NCBI GenBank assembly: GCA_047173105.1
Contig: JBCQVM010000005.1
Coordinates: forward strand, 2,863-66,862
Length of the DNA: 64,000 nucleotides
Origin: Rikenellaceae bacterium
GTDB taxonomy: Bacteria > Bacteroidota > Bacteroidia > Bacteroidales > Rikenellaceae
Direction of reading: 5' to 3'
Shown: positions 10,115 to 20,967 of the stretch, one piece after another
How the letters are laid out: the number at the start of each line of letters is the position of its first letter
Position numbering within the stretch: position 1 is the stretch's first letter
Program-made: the position numbers and the translations under genes
Notes under the pieces: generated by a model
The model's input: the letters and a program-made list of their open reading frames with translations, nothing else
Told to the model about the DNA's origin: nothing
Databases searched by the model: none

Positions 10115-12115
10115 TTATTGGCGAAATTTATCCATAATTTCGCTCTGTGTTATGCGCCACGTGAGTGGCTTTCCGGTGGGTGAAAGTGCCGTATTGCCAC
10201 TCTTAAACAACTCTACTGCAAGTTGTTCTAACTGCTCTGTGCTCAACCCGCGGTGTGTCACCGCCGCCCCACTCTTGGCCATAATGCGCGCCATCTTGTC
10301 GCGCCTCAGGTCGATAAATTCCTCGGGAGTTGCCGCCGCGCCAATCAGGTCGTAGATCAGCGTGTCGATCTCTTCGCGCTTCACCTCGGGCGGAATTCCG
10401 TGCACCTCAACTGTGCAGTCACCCATCAGCTCGATGTCGAATCCCACCACCACGAAGTCCACCAATCGCTCCTCGATTGTGGCATACTCCTCGTGCGAGA
10501 GGATCAATCGCTCGGCAAATAGTAGCTGCTGACTCACAGCTGCCGCACCGCATGCTGCCGCCATAAATCTGTCGTATAGAACTCGCTCCTTGGCGCGTGC
10601 GATGTCAAGGATAAGCGCCTCGGCATCGACAATCATAAAGGCGTAACCGCCACCCAATTGTGCGATTGAGTGCACCTCGACGCTCTGCTCCACGCTGCGT
10701 ATCGTGCTCTGCTGAGGCTCGAACGACGACTCCACAAATTCGAACGACGAGCTATCGAACTCACCCTCGGTGCTATCTAAGTTAATGTTAGTCTCCGACT
10801 CAATCGACTCGAACTCATCTACATCGAAATTGGGCGCTGCGCTAAGCGAAGGATCGAAACTGCCTATCATCGAGCCATAGGCTCCATCCTTAAGCTCACT
10901 GCGACGCGAGGCCGCAGGCTTAGAGGGCTCTGTATTCAGATCGTAGGGAACATCGAAACCGGTGAAATCGACATTGGGGTCGGGTGCCGTGGGGTCGATA
11001 TACCCCTCGGCGAATGGGTTGTAGCCACCCGAGGAGAATGCCGCAGGGGTTCTCACAATATCGCGATCCTGCATCACGGGGATATCGATGAGCGACTCAT
11101 GGTCGAAATCCATCATCGGCACCGCACCTGTCTTAGCGAGACTCTCACGCACGGCAGCAACAATAATCTGCCATATTGCGTCGTCGTCGGCAAACTTAAC
11201 CTCGGTTTTTTGGGGATGGACATTGACGTCGATACGGTCGGCATCGACCTCCAAATAGAGGAAGTAGGATGGTGTCGAGGTGGCCGGAATCAGCTTCTCA
11301 TAGCCCTTGAGCACCGCTTTGGTGAAGTAGGGTGAGCGAAAGAAGCGGCCATTGACAAATAGGTATTGGTCGTTGTTACTCTTCTTGGCTGCTGCCGGGC
11401 GCCCAATATATCCCTTGAGCTTGGCGATCGACGTTGAGGCGCCACACTCCAACAGGTTTTGCTTTATGGAGCGCCCCACCACATCGACAATTCTACTTGC
11501 TAAAGTTGCGGGTGGGAGGTTGAATAGAGGCGAGTCGTTGGCATAGAGCTCGAAGTGAATATTGGGGTTACAGAGTGCTATGCGGCGGAATTCCGCCTTG
11601 ATCTGGTTGGTCGAAGTGGATATGCGATCCATAAATCGACGACGTGCAGGTACATTATAAAAGAGGTTGCGCACAAAGAACTGCGAACCCGTCTCGCACA
11701 TTATCGGCTCCTGACCCTGATACTCTCCGCCTCCAACTGTGGTGAGTGTGCCCACCGAGTCGTGCTCCTGACGTGTGCGCAGCTCCACTTGCGAGACTGC
11801 CGCAATCGAGGCCAAAGCCTCGCCACGGAAGCCGAAGGTGCTCAGCGCATAGACGTCGTTAGCCTCCTTGATCTTGCTGGTGGCATGCCTATCGAATGCC
11901 ATGCGGGCATCATTGGGTGACATCCCACAGCCATCGTCGACAATCTGGATCAGATCGCCACCACCCTCGCGGAAGTTCACGATGATGCAGCTCGCACCGG
12001 CATCGATCGAGTTCTCCATCATCTCCTTCACTACCGAAGCGGGGCGGTTAACAACCTCACCTGCGGCAATTTGGTTGGCGACGACTTCGGGTAGTAGTTT
12101 GATTTTGTCGGCCAT
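10115..12115 (-). CDS. mutL: DNA mismatch repair protein MutL
   Basis: 666 aa. GHKL ATPase N-terminus (IAAGEVV.RPASVVKE..ENS.DAG, DDG.GM, GFRGEAL). Confidence 0.95.
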   Translation of the reverse strand: MADKIKLLPEVVANQIAAGEVVNRPASVVKEMMENSIDAGASCIIVNFREGGGDLIQIVDDGCGMSPNDARMAFDRHATSKIKEANDVYALSTFGFRGEALASIAAVSQVELRTRQEHDSVGTLTTVGGGEYQGQEPIMCETGSQFFVRNLFYNVPARRRFMDRISTSTNQIKAEFRRIALCNPNIHFELYANDSPLFNLPPATLASRIVDVVGRSIKQNLLECGASTSIAKLKGYIGRPAAAKKSNNDQYLFVNGRFFRSPYFTKAVLKGYEKLIPATSTPSYFLYLEVDADRIDVNVHPQKTEVKFADDDAIWQIIVAAVRESLAKTGAVPMMDFDHESLIDIPVMQDRDIVRTPAAFSSGGYNPFAEGYIDPTAPDPNVDFTGFDVPYDLNTEPSKPAASRRSELKDGAYGSMIGSFDPSLSAAPNFDVDEFESIESETNINLDSTEGEFDSSSFEFVESSFEPQQSTIRSVEQSVEVHSIAQLGGGYAFMIVDAEALILDIARAKERVLYDRFMAAACGAAAVSQQLLFAERLILSHEEYATIEERLVDFVVVGFDIELMGDCTVEVHGIPPEVKREEIDTLIYDLIGAAATPEEFIDLRRDKMARIMAKSGAAVTHRGLSTEQLEQLAVELFKSGNTALSPTGKPLTWRITQSEIMDKFRQ

Positions 12116-12122
12116 CTATTCT

Positions 12123-12530
12123 CTATTCTTTGTAGTCGTTCGGTACGATCCTAATGGGAGCGTAGGGGTCGAACTCCTGATATTCGTCGGCTGGCTTAAT
12201 CCTCTCGACTGTAGTTCCACCCGCTGCAAAAGCGCCAATCAAGCGCGGCAGAAGCATATATCCCAATAAGAACACCAATGCAATGCCCATCACCATAAAC
12301 CACGTTGAGCGCTGCTTACCCCCTCGCTTCGAGCCACGGCGATTCTCACGCGCCTCACGTTGGCGGCGCAGGTACTCGCCCACTACATACTCCCCCTCGT
12401 CATCCCCTTGGGGACGACTTCCGCGAAGTTCTGCTCGACGCGCCTCGCGAGCCTCCTTTTCGGGGTCGTAGAAGCGTGGAGTATACTTAAACTGGTTAGC
12501 GTGACGCTTAAATGGTTTAAAGCCAATCAT
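12123..12530 (-). CDS. hypothetical single-pass membrane protein with Arg/Glu-rich N-terminus
   Basis: 135 aa ORF in a tight gene string between dnaJ and mutL. One TM helix (WFMVMGIALVFLLGYMLL). No family recognised. Confidence 0.55.
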   Translation of the reverse strand: MIGFKPFKRHANQFKYTPRFYDPEKEAREARRAELRGSRPQGDDEGEYVVGEYLRRQREARENRRGSKRGGKQRSTWFMVMGIALVFLLGYMLLPRLIGAFAAGGTTVERIKPADEYQEFDPYAPIRIVPNDYKE

Positions 12531-12543
12531 AGTCCTTAAGTTT

Positions 12544-13698
12544 TTATCTAAAGAAATTCTTCATTCTCTCGAAAATGTTCTGCGTATCGACCCCCGCCGC
12601 CTTCTTAAAGGAGGGCATATCTGCGAGCTTCTCGACCGCCTTGCGCTCCTCGCGGCTCAATGAGTCGGGAATAGTGATATCGACCACAACCAAAATGTCA
12701 CCGCGGCCGCGGCCATTAACATCGGGAATACCCTTACCGCCCAAGCGCAACACTTTGCCCGCATGGGTACCCGCCGCGATTTTGATCTTGGCACGACCGT
12801 CGATCGTGGGAACCTCCACGGTGCCACCCAACAGCGCTGTGATGACTGTGATATTGAGGTTGTGGATCAAGTCGTTGCCATCGCGTATCAATTCTGGGTG
12901 CGACTCCTCGGTGATAACCACCTGCAAGTTGCCGCTTTGACCACCTTGGCGCGCAGCATTTCCCTTGCCCGTTACGTTGAGCATCATCCCCTCGGCAACA
13001 CCTGCTGGGATATTTACTTCGATCACCTCCTCGCCCTTGATGGCACCTGCGCCACCACACTTCTCGCACTTCTCGGTGATCTCCTTACCGGTTCCGTTAC
13101 ACGTTGGGCAAACCCCTTGGGTCTGGATGCGACCGAAGAACGAGTTCTCGATGCGCGAAACCACACCCGAGCCATGGCACGTGTGACAAACAGTAAATGC
13201 TGAGCCATTCTTAGCTCCGGTGCCATTACAACGATCGCAACCAACCATCTTGCTCACCTTGAGCTTCTTGGTAACTCCCTCGGCAATCTCCGCGAGAGTC
13301 AACTTAACCCTAATTCGAATATCGCTTCCACGATTAACGGCCTGCTCACGACGTGAGCCGCCCGAGAAGTGACCGCCGAAGATATCGCCGAATTGCGAGA
13401 AGATATCATCCATCGAGAATCCGCCGCCACTAAATCCGCCATAGCCTCCAGCGCCACCACCTGCTGCACCACCCATTCCGGCGTGGCCAAATTGGTCGTA
13501 GCGAGCGCGTTTTTGCTCGTCGGAGAGTACGTCGTAGGCCTCGGCAGCCTCCTTAAATTTCTCTTCTGCACCCTTGTCGTCGGGGTTTTTGTCGGGGTGA
13601 AATTGGATTGCCGCCTTACGGTAAGCCTTCTTTATTTCGTCGGCATTGGCGCTTTTCGCGACGCCCAATACCTCGTAGTAGTCTCTTTTTTCTGCCAT
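12544..13698 (-). CDS. dnaJ: molecular chaperone DnaJ
   Basis: 384 aa. J domain with HPD, G/F region, four CxxCxGxG zinc motifs. Confidence 0.96.
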   Translation of the reverse strand: MAEKRDYYEVLGVAKSANADEIKKAYRKAAIQFHPDKNPDDKGAEEKFKEAAEAYDVLSDEQKRARYDQFGHAGMGGAAGGGAGGYGGFSGGGFSMDDIFSQFGDIFGGHFSGGSRREQAVNRGSDIRIRVKLTLAEIAEGVTKKLKVSKMVGCDRCNGTGAKNGSAFTVCHTCHGSGVVSRIENSFFGRIQTQGVCPTCNGTGKEITEKCEKCGGAGAIKGEEVIEVNIPAGVAEGMMLNVTGKGNAARQGGQSGNLQVVITEESHPELIRDGNDLIHNLNITVITALLGGTVEVPTIDGRAKIKIAAGTHAGKVLRLGGKGIPDVNGRGRGDILVVVDITIPDSLSREERKAVEKLADMPSFKKAAGVDTQNIFERMKNFFR

Positions 13699-13702
13699 GG
13701 TA

Positions 13703-14320
13703 CTATTCTCCTACAACAACTTTTGCGAATCGTAATACTTTGTCACCCAACATATAACCCTTTTGAACAACATCAATAATGCGACCCTTTTGATCCTCCG
13801 CCGCAGCGAATCGTGCGATGGCCTCGTGGTGATCGGTGTCGAGCTCCAAGCCCATCGCCTCGATCTCCACCACGCCGCGCTGCTTGAGGATCTCCCCAAA
13901 TTTTGCGGCGATAAGGTCTACTCCTTGGCGCAACGCCTCGATATCCTCGCTCTTGCCCATCGCAATCACTGCTCGGTCGATGTCGTCGACAACCGGCAAA
14001 AAGGCTTTAAGTGTGTCGGCACCACCACTCTGCACCAAATCCATCTTCTCGCGAAGGGTGCGCTTGCGGTAGTTGTCGAACTCGGCCTGAAGGCGCAGGA
14101 ATTTGTCGCGCCAGTCGTCTGCCGCCGCCTCTTTGGGAGCCTCAGCAGCGGGAGCCTCTTCGCTCTGTTCGTCTGACACAGTGTCAGTTACTTCTTGTTC
14201 TTCGACCATTTCGTCTGCCATATTGTCACATGGAGTACCTTCGCACGATGGGTAACCCTCACCTGCGATAAATCCTTCATCTCCGTTAACCTCTTGATTA
14301 TAAACTTTTTCGTCTGTCAT
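13703..14320 (-). CDS. grpE: nucleotide exchange factor GrpE
   Basis: 205 aa. Acidic N-terminus and the FDNYRKR motif. Lies immediately upstream of dnaJ. Confidence 0.93.
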   Translation of the reverse strand: MTDEKVYNQEVNGDEGFIAGEGYPSCEGTPCDNMADEMVEEQEVTDTVSDEQSEEAPAAEAPKEAAADDWRDKFLRLQAEFDNYRKRTLREKMDLVQSGGADTLKAFLPVVDDIDRAVIAMGKSEDIEALRQGVDLIAAKFGEILKQRGVVEIEAMGLELDTDHHEAIARFAAAEDQKGRIIDVVQKGYMLGDKVLRFAKVVVGE

Positions 14321-14379
14321 ATATAAATAAATTTTATCTCGTTACACTATATATATCGCAACTTGCGCGCCAAAGCGGT

Positions 14380-15090
14380 TTACCCGATAATAAATATCGC
14401 GGGTCGCTTGTTGAGCTCCGGCAATCGACTCTTGCGCCACTTATCGACCTCTTGCGTTAGGATATACTCCTCGGGGGCAGTGATATCCATCGCTATTGTC
14501 AGTCGCGTTGTGGGTGCAAGGGTGGTGAGTAGCTGCTCCACTAACTTCACATTGCGGTAGGGAGCCTCGATAAAGAGCTGCGATTGTCCCTCGCTTAGGG
14601 CACGGCGCTCGAAGTTGCGGATCGCCTTGCCGCGCTCGGGCGGTTTGATGGGTAGGTAGCCGTTAAATGCAAACGACTGCCCATTGAGCCCCGATGCCAT
14701 AACTGCCATTATGATCGACGAGGGGCCCACCAATGGCACCACACGGATCCCACGCCTATGGCAAGCCTCGACAACTAACGCCCCGGGGTCGGCCACACCC
14801 GGAACTCCCGCCTCGGAGATAACTCCTGCACTACGGCCTGAGGCGATTGGGTCGACCATGCGCTCGATCTCCACGCCGGAGTGCGAATGTTCGTTGAGCT
14901 CCACAAATTCGAGGGTGTCGATCGCCCTCGAGATCTTGCACTTCGAGAGGAAGCGACGTGCCGAGCGGGTATTCTCCACCACGAAGTAATCGAGCGTGTC
15001 GATCACCGATTTGTTGTATGTGGGCAGCGTCTGCCACACATCGCCCTCATCTGCGATGGGGCAGGGTATAAGATATAATATTCCACTCAT
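14380..15090 (-). CDS. SAM-dependent methyltransferase, tetrapyrrole-methylase (RsmI-like) fold
   Basis: 236 aa. Starts LYLIP.PI, with SEAG.P...DPG and NGYLP motifs. Confidence 0.75.
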   Translation of the reverse strand: MSGILYLIPCPIADEGDVWQTLPTYNKSVIDTLDYFVVENTRSARRFLSKCKISRAIDTLEFVELNEHSHSGVEIERMVDPIASGRSAGVISEAGVPGVADPGALVVEACHRRGIRVVPLVGPSSIIMAVMASGLNGQSFAFNGYLPIKPPERGKAIRNFERRALSEGQSQLFIEAPYRNVKLVEQLLTTLAPTTRLTIAMDITAPEEYILTQEVDKWRKSRLPELNKRPAIFIIG

Positions 15091-15096
15091 GTTGCT

Positions 15097-17436
15097 CTAT
15101 TCTTTAAGGTATATTCGTTTGACTCTCTTGGAGATCGAAGTGAGTATTTCGTAGGGGATAGTCCCCAAAATTTTTGCCATATCTCCCACACGGTTCCCTT
15201 TTTGGGGTGAGAAAATCACCACGTCGTCACCCTCCTTGGCTCCCTCAACCCCGCTCACGTCGATCATCACACTATCCATACAGACCCGCCCCACGATGGG
15301 TGCCGCCTCTCCATTTACTATCATGCTCCACCGCCCCTCGCCCAAGTCGCGGCGAAGTCCATCGGCATAGCCAATTGGCACGGTGGCAATCGAGCTACCC
15401 ACCGCCGCTATGCCTTTGGCGCCATAGCCAATGGGGCTCTGTGCGGCGTAATGTTTGATCTGCACAATGCGGCTCTTGAGCGTAGCGATGGGAGTTAGAT
15501 GCTGCTCGCTCAGCCCAAATCCATGCAACCCGATCCCCAATCGGCAGCCATCGAAATGACTCTCTTCGAAGCGATCAATAGCGGCACTGTTGGCCGCATG
15601 GCGCATTATGCGGTAGCCTACCCCATCGCTCAGGCGATGGCTAATCAGCTTGAATAGCTCTAATTGCGAGCGGGTGAACTGCTCACCCTCTGCCTCGTCG
15701 GCGCAGCTCAGGTGTGTGAATACCGAGGCTACCCGCACCTGCTCTTCGTGCACCTTAAGGCTTACGATAAGCTCTTCGATCTGCGAAGAGTCGAAGCCCA
15801 AGCGGTGCATCCCCGAGTCGATTTTAATATGAATTGGGTAACGCGCCTCGCCGCAGCGATCGAGCCACTGGATAAACTTTTCGAGCGAGCGGAGCGAATA
15901 TATTTCGGGCTCCAAGCGCATCTGGATCATTGGCTCGAAGCTATCTTCGTCGGCATTAAGCACGATGATCGGGGTCGAGATGCCACGCTCACGAAGGCGC
16001 ACTCCCTCGTCGACGAATGCCACTGCGAGGTAATCTACACCCTCCGTCACAAGCCTCTGTGCAACCTCGTAGTCGCCTGCACCATAGCTACTTGCTTTGA
16101 CCATCGCCACTAATTTAGTCGCGGGCGATAGCTTGGAGCGGAAGTAGTTGAGGTTCTGGGTCATTGTGTCGAGGTTCACCTCCAAGCGTGTAGTGTGACA
16201 CTGGCGCTCCAAGGCGTGCGAAAGGCGCTCGAAGCGGCTGGCACGATTGCCCTTTAGTAGGATTGCACGCTGGGCATAATCCTCTCGCTTGAGTCGCGAT
16301 AGGAGCTCTTCGACCGAGGCGAAGTAGTCGCAGTCGAGCCACCTATTAATATGTGACCCCACGCCGATAACTCTATCGACCCCAGCACGCTGGATCACCC
16401 TGCCCACCTCGGTGTAGAGCTGCTCTTGGCTCACGCCACTCTGCAAGATCTCGGAGAGGATAAGTGTTGTGGGGCGTCCCGCCGCCACCGCACGGAGGGT
16501 GTCGAGGGCTATGGAGAGCGAATTAACGCACGAATTATAACTGTCGTCTACCACAACCGAGTCGTTGAGCCCCTCCTTAACCTCCAATCGCATCGCAACG
16601 GGGCTAAATGAGCTAAGGTCGTAATCGTGGCAGCCACACTGCCTGAGCAGAGCCTCGACAATCTGCGAGTTGCGTTGCGAGTGCAGCTCGCTGAGTGCTG
16701 CCCCTGCCATCTGCTTGGCATCGATTAGGGTGCAGCTTATTGGGTTGGCTACCAAATAGTTGCGTAGCTCATCATAGTCGCTGTGGTAGATTAATCGTTG
16801 GCATGCCGACACCATCTTAAGTTTCTCGCTGATCTTCTGTTCGAGCGAATCGAAGCCCTCTTGATGGGCATCGCCAACCGAGCTAAAGAGCACCGTGTGG
16901 GGTTGGATCATACGCTCCAATCGCTCCATCTCGCCACACTGCGAGACTCCCGCTTCGATAAGCGCTATGGCCTCATCACCGCGCATCATAAGCAACGAAA
17001 GGGCTACACCCAACTGCGAATTATAGCTGCGTGGTGAGCGGAACAATCGCCCCTCGCCATTGTAGCTCTGCGCCGCCCACTCCTTGATGATCGTCTTGCC
17101 ATTGGAGCCGATGATTGCCACCACCTCGCCCGAAAATTGCGAGCGGTGGTAGATCGCCAAGCGTTGTAGCGCCTCGATGCTATTCTCCACCACCAAGTAG
17201 CTGCCGCGCTCCTGCGCCTTGCGCTCATCCTCGACCATAAAGGCTCGAGTGCCACGGCGCAACATCTCCTCGATGCGGTCGTGCGAGTCGTGGCGCTCTC
17301 CCGCCATAGCCACGAATAGAGCCTGCTCGCCACCCCCCGCACTGCGAGAGTCGGTGAGGATCTCATCGACAGTGCAGTCGCAGCCAATAAGCTTGGCGCC
17401 ACACACTTGGGCTATTTTGGATAGAGGGTATCTCAT
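15097..17436 (-). CDS. bifunctional UDP-MurNAc-tripeptide--D-Ala-D-Ala ligase (MurF) / alanine racemase (Alr) fusion
   Basis: 779 aa. The N-terminal ~430 aa is a Mur ligase (GSNGKT). The C-terminal ~350 aa is an alanine racemase (AMVKASSYGAG PLP-Lys motif, GYADG, CMD). Confidence 0.9.
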   Translation of the reverse strand: MRYPLSKIAQVCGAKLIGCDCTVDEILTDSRSAGGGEQALFVAMAGERHDSHDRIEEMLRRGTRAFMVEDERKAQERGSYLVVENSIEALQRLAIYHRSQFSGEVVAIIGSNGKTIIKEWAAQSYNGEGRLFRSPRSYNSQLGVALSLLMMRGDEAIALIEAGVSQCGEMERLERMIQPHTVLFSSVGDAHQEGFDSLEQKISEKLKMVSACQRLIYHSDYDELRNYLVANPISCTLIDAKQMAGAALSELHSQRNSQIVEALLRQCGCHDYDLSSFSPVAMRLEVKEGLNDSVVVDDSYNSCVNSLSIALDTLRAVAAGRPTTLILSEILQSGVSQEQLYTEVGRVIQRAGVDRVIGVGSHINRWLDCDYFASVEELLSRLKREDYAQRAILLKGNRASRFERLSHALERQCHTTRLEVNLDTMTQNLNYFRSKLSPATKLVAMVKASSYGAGDYEVAQRLVTEGVDYLAVAFVDEGVRLRERGISTPIIVLNADEDSFEPMIQMRLEPEIYSLRSLEKFIQWLDRCGEARYPIHIKIDSGMHRLGFDSSQIEELIVSLKVHEEQVRVASVFTHLSCADEAEGEQFTRSQLELFKLISHRLSDGVGYRIMRHAANSAAIDRFEESHFDGCRLGIGLHGFGLSEQHLTPIATLKSRIVQIKHYAAQSPIGYGAKGIAAVGSSIATVPIGYADGLRRDLGEGRWSMIVNGEAAPIVGRVCMDSVMIDVSGVEGAKEGDDVVIFSPQKGNRVGDMAKILGTIPYEILTSISKRVKRIYLKE

Positions 17437-17448
17437 ATTCTTATTGGC

Positions 17449-19947
17449 TTATGGCACGTCAAATTCGACCACCGTTATTCCCGAACCTCCCCTGTCGGCA
17501 TGAGCATCCGAGGCACGCGCAACATCGGGCACCGTGCGCAAGTAGCGGCGGATCTCCTCTTTGAGCGCCCCCGTGCCTTTGCCATGCAGGATCGCAACGG
17601 AGCTCACTCCCACCATCAGGGCATCGTCGATAAAGTTCTGTACATTGTCCAATGCGTCGGCAGCCCTTTGGCCACGCACATCGATATTATCTTTGAAGTT
17701 AAGTCGGCGGCGTGACACATCGACCGCCACCACACTTTGGGGTGCAGTCAGACGCGTCGCCTTCTTAAATTCGCTATTGGAAACCACCTCCAACTTCTCT
17801 TTGTCCACCGTGGTCATAATGTGTCCAAAAGCCACCTGCACCTTGCGCCCTTTGATGCTCTTCACCTCGCCCAACATATCTTGTCCCCCGATGCGCACCT
17901 TGGCACCCACAACCACCTCCAAGGGGGCTGCTTTAACCTCAACTGCCTCTTTTGCGGATTGCTGCTCGCCAGAGGCGTTGCGCTCCTCGCGGCGCTCACG
18001 GCGGCGGCGTAGGCGCTCCATCTCGCGTGCGATCTCGTCGCTCGTGGAGTCGCTCGAGGAGTCGTTGACCCTCTCTTTGAACCCCTCGAACTCCTTGCGC
18101 ACAAGGCGAGTGATCTCTTTGTCGGCTTGTGCCTCGCGGATGGTCTTGATGGTGCTTTCGATCTGCTTGCCCGCTTCGGAGATAAGCGCTGCCGCCTCGA
18201 TTTTAGCCTTGCGGATGATCTCCGAGCGCTCGGCGCGGATCTTGGTGAGCTGTGCCGTGTAGTTCGACTCTAACTCCTCGACCTTGCGGTCGGTGAGGCG
18301 AATACGGTCACGCTTCTGCTCCCAATAACGTTTGTCGCGCGCTATCTCGCGCAGTTGCTTCTCGATATTAATATGGTCGCTTCCCGCCTTGTCGGCTGCC
18401 GAGCGGATGATATCTTCGGGCAGACCAATCTTGCGAGCGATCTCCACGGCAAAGGAGCTGCCCGGCTTGCCCATCTCCAGCGAGAAGAGGGGTCGTATAT
18501 TCTGCACATCGAAGCTCATGGCGCCATTGGCAATGCCTTGGGTCGACGAGGCGTAGTATTTGATATTGGAGTAGTGGGTAGTAATCACCCCGTAGCACCC
18601 CTTAGAGAGCAACCTATCGAGGATAGCCTCGGCGATAGCCCCTCCGATCACCGGCTCGGTTCCCGAACCAAACTCATCGATAAGCACCAGCGACGAGGGC
18701 GATGCTGTCGATAGCATATTGCGCATATTGAGTAGGTGCGACGAGTAGGTCGACAGATCGTTGTCGATCGACTGCTCATCGCCAATATCAATCGAAATCG
18801 AAGTAAAGATCGGCAGCTCGGAGTTCTCACCCACCGGCACCAAGAAGCCGCACTGGAACATATATTGCACTATGCCGGTGGTCTTGAGACATACCGACTT
18901 ACCACCGGCATTAGGGCCCGAGATCACCAAGATATGTTTGTCGCGATCCAGCTCTAAGTTCAGCGGCACAATCTCTTTGTGTTGCGCCTTGAGGCTCTGA
19001 GCGAGCAGTGGATGGCGAGCGTTGCGCAGCACAAGGCGGTCGTCGTCGGATATGATCGGCATAACCGAGTCATTGGCGATAGCCCAACGAGCCTTGGCGC
19101 GTAGCATATCCACATCGCTTAGGAAGTCTCCCGCTGTGGCGATCTGGTCACTTTGAGGGCGGATCTCTTCGGTGAATGCGGTGAGGATGCGGACGATCTC
19201 ACGGCGCTCGGAGTACTCCAACTCTTTGAGCTCGTTGTTGATCTCGACAACCTCAACAGGCTCGATATAAACAGTCTTACCGGTAGCCGATTCATCGTGG
19301 ATAAAGCCCTGAAGCTTACGCTTATTGCCCGCCACAACGGGGATCACTGCACGCCCATCGCGGATCGAGATCAGCGCATCGGCATCCACCACACCGCTGC
19401 TTTTGGCCGAGGCGAGGATCTGTTGCAATCGCTTGGATACCTGCCCTTCACGTTCGCGGATGCTGCGACGGAGGAGTTGCAGCTCGGGCGAGGCGTTATC
19501 TTTGACCTTGTTAAATTTGTCGATTATTTGGTTGATCTGTCCTACAACTCCCCTGAGAGTGTCGACCCCTGAGGTACGCTGCACAAGTGATGGGTAGTTA
19601 CCCCCCTCGCTCTTGGAGCGGATAAAGGTAACAACCTCGCCTACAGTTGTGAGCGAGCGGCGCAAAAGAGCCACCTCCTCACAGTCGAGGAAGGTGCCCT
19701 CGATCGAGAGCTTGGCGAGCAGTGGGGTGAGGTCGGCATAGTCGCCCACCGGAAAACCCTGCTCCATAAGCAGCATCGAGCGCATCTCATTGGCAAGCGA
19801 AAGGCGGCGCAAAATAGCCTTGCGCGAGGTTAAAAAGCCCTGCTCCGAGAGCTTGACAGCAGCCGAGGGCATTGTACACAGGGCGGCGATCTGGTCGCGG
19901 AGTCTGTCGAAACCTATCTTAGAAGCGAATGAGGCGGGGTAGATCAT
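17449..19947 (-). CDS. mutS2: endonuclease MutS2
   Basis: 832 aa. MutS ATPase (GPNAGGKS, DE.G.GT), long coiled coil, C-terminal Smr domain (LHGKGTGALK). Confidence 0.93.
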   Translation of the reverse strand: MIYPASFASKIGFDRLRDQIAALCTMPSAAVKLSEQGFLTSRKAILRRLSLANEMRSMLLMEQGFPVGDYADLTPLLAKLSIEGTFLDCEEVALLRRSLTTVGEVVTFIRSKSEGGNYPSLVQRTSGVDTLRGVVGQINQIIDKFNKVKDNASPELQLLRRSIREREGQVSKRLQQILASAKSSGVVDADALISIRDGRAVIPVVAGNKRKLQGFIHDESATGKTVYIEPVEVVEINNELKELEYSERREIVRILTAFTEEIRPQSDQIATAGDFLSDVDMLRAKARWAIANDSVMPIISDDDRLVLRNARHPLLAQSLKAQHKEIVPLNLELDRDKHILVISGPNAGGKSVCLKTTGIVQYMFQCGFLVPVGENSELPIFTSISIDIGDEQSIDNDLSTYSSHLLNMRNMLSTASPSSLVLIDEFGSGTEPVIGGAIAEAILDRLLSKGCYGVITTHYSNIKYYASSTQGIANGAMSFDVQNIRPLFSLEMGKPGSSFAVEIARKIGLPEDIIRSAADKAGSDHINIEKQLREIARDKRYWEQKRDRIRLTDRKVEELESNYTAQLTKIRAERSEIIRKAKIEAAALISEAGKQIESTIKTIREAQADKEITRLVRKEFEGFKERVNDSSSDSTSDEIAREMERLRRRRERREERNASGEQQSAKEAVEVKAAPLEVVVGAKVRIGGQDMLGEVKSIKGRKVQVAFGHIMTTVDKEKLEVVSNSEFKKATRLTAPQSVVAVDVSRRRLNFKDNIDVRGQRAADALDNVQNFIDDALMVGVSSVAILHGKGTGALKEEIRRYLRTVPDVARASDAHADRGGSGITVVEFDVP

Positions 19948-19963
19948 TTGTAAATTATCTTTT

Positions 19964-19994
19964 TTAAGATTCCCGATCGAGTCGGGAATGACGT
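19964..19994. repeat. solo family-A half element
   Basis: TTAAGATTCCCGATCGAGTCGGGAATGACGT between mutS2 and mlaD. Followed by TTAGGAGTTA. Confidence 0.8.
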
Positions 19995-20014
19995 ACTTAG
20001 TTAGGAGTTATGAA

Positions 20015-20941
20015 TTACTCCTTGCTCTTCGAGCCAAATAGTGAGAAGTGAACGTAGCGTTTTGGGTTGCTCTGCATATCTGTGATCAACTCATTAAGAG
20101 ACCCACTAACTGCTGCAAGGTTGTCGTATAGCATCTCGTCGCCGAGCAATTTGCCGGCTGTACCCTCCTCAGAGTTCAGAGAGCTGAGTGTCGAGTTGAG
20201 CTCGGCAAGAGTAGCGCTGAGTGAATCACCCAAGTTGATCTGACGCAATTCGCCGCTAACATGCTCGAGGTTGTCAACGATATTCTCGATACTCTCGCTC
20301 TTACCGGCCAAACTCTCCGAGAGCGATGCAATGCCCTCGATAGTTGAGTCGATCGAGGCACGCTGCGAGGTGAGTAGATCGGCGATCTGCTCTGAGATTG
20401 AGTTGAGGTTGAGGATAGCATTCTCGATATTCTCGCCACTATTCTCGAGGATCGAATTGATCGAACCAAGCGTAGTGGTTAGCTCACCGCTCACTGTGGC
20501 GATATTGTCGGCAACGCTCATAAGTTTCTCAGCCGCAACATCCATCATACCACCCTCGTTGCACGAGGCGATAGTGTCGCCCGCTTCGAGCATCTGGGGG
20601 CTATCACCGAGGAAAAGACCGATCGAGGTAGATGAGACCAACCCCGGGCTATATATCTTCGCTATGGAGTTAGCCGGGATGCGGTAGCTTCGTTTGACCG
20701 AGAGGCGCAGGGTCACCTTGGAGCTGTGCGCAGGGTCGAGGATTACTCCAGTCACCGAGCCCACCTTGACTCCTTGAATTAGAATTGAGCTGGCATTGCT
20801 GATGCCGTTAACATCGTCGTAGCAGGCATAGTAGTCCGTGCTGCGACCAAAGATATCCATACCGCTCAAAAAGCGGATTCCTGCCCACGAGGCGCAGATG
20901 ATGACAATCGTGAAGAGTCCAATTTTTACTTCTCTTTTCAT
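20015..20941 (-). CDS. MlaD/MCE family protein
   Basis: 308 aa. N-terminal TM helix, MCE domain (V.V.GV.VG.V), helical Ser/Leu-rich C-terminus. Confidence 0.8.
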   Translation of the reverse strand: MKREVKIGLFTIVIICASWAGIRFLSGMDIFGRSTDYYACYDDVNGISNASSILIQGVKVGSVTGVILDPAHSSKVTLRLSVKRSYRIPANSIAKIYSPGLVSSTSIGLFLGDSPQMLEAGDTIASCNEGGMMDVAAEKLMSVADNIATVSGELTTTLGSINSILENSGENIENAILNLNSISEQIADLLTSQRASIDSTIEGIASLSESLAGKSESIENIVDNLEHVSGELRQINLGDSLSATLAELNSTLSSLNSEEGTAGKLLGDEMLYDNLAAVSGSLNELITDMQSNPKRYVHFSLFGSKSKE

Positions 20942-20967
20942 TCCTTAATATTTGGTTGTTTCTGTTT

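Noticed and set aside
17561-18262. 233-aa ORF on the plus strand.
   Set aside because: It is antisense to the coiled-coil region of mutS2, and its Ser/Arg-rich composition is typical of an antisense frame in GC-rich coding DNA.
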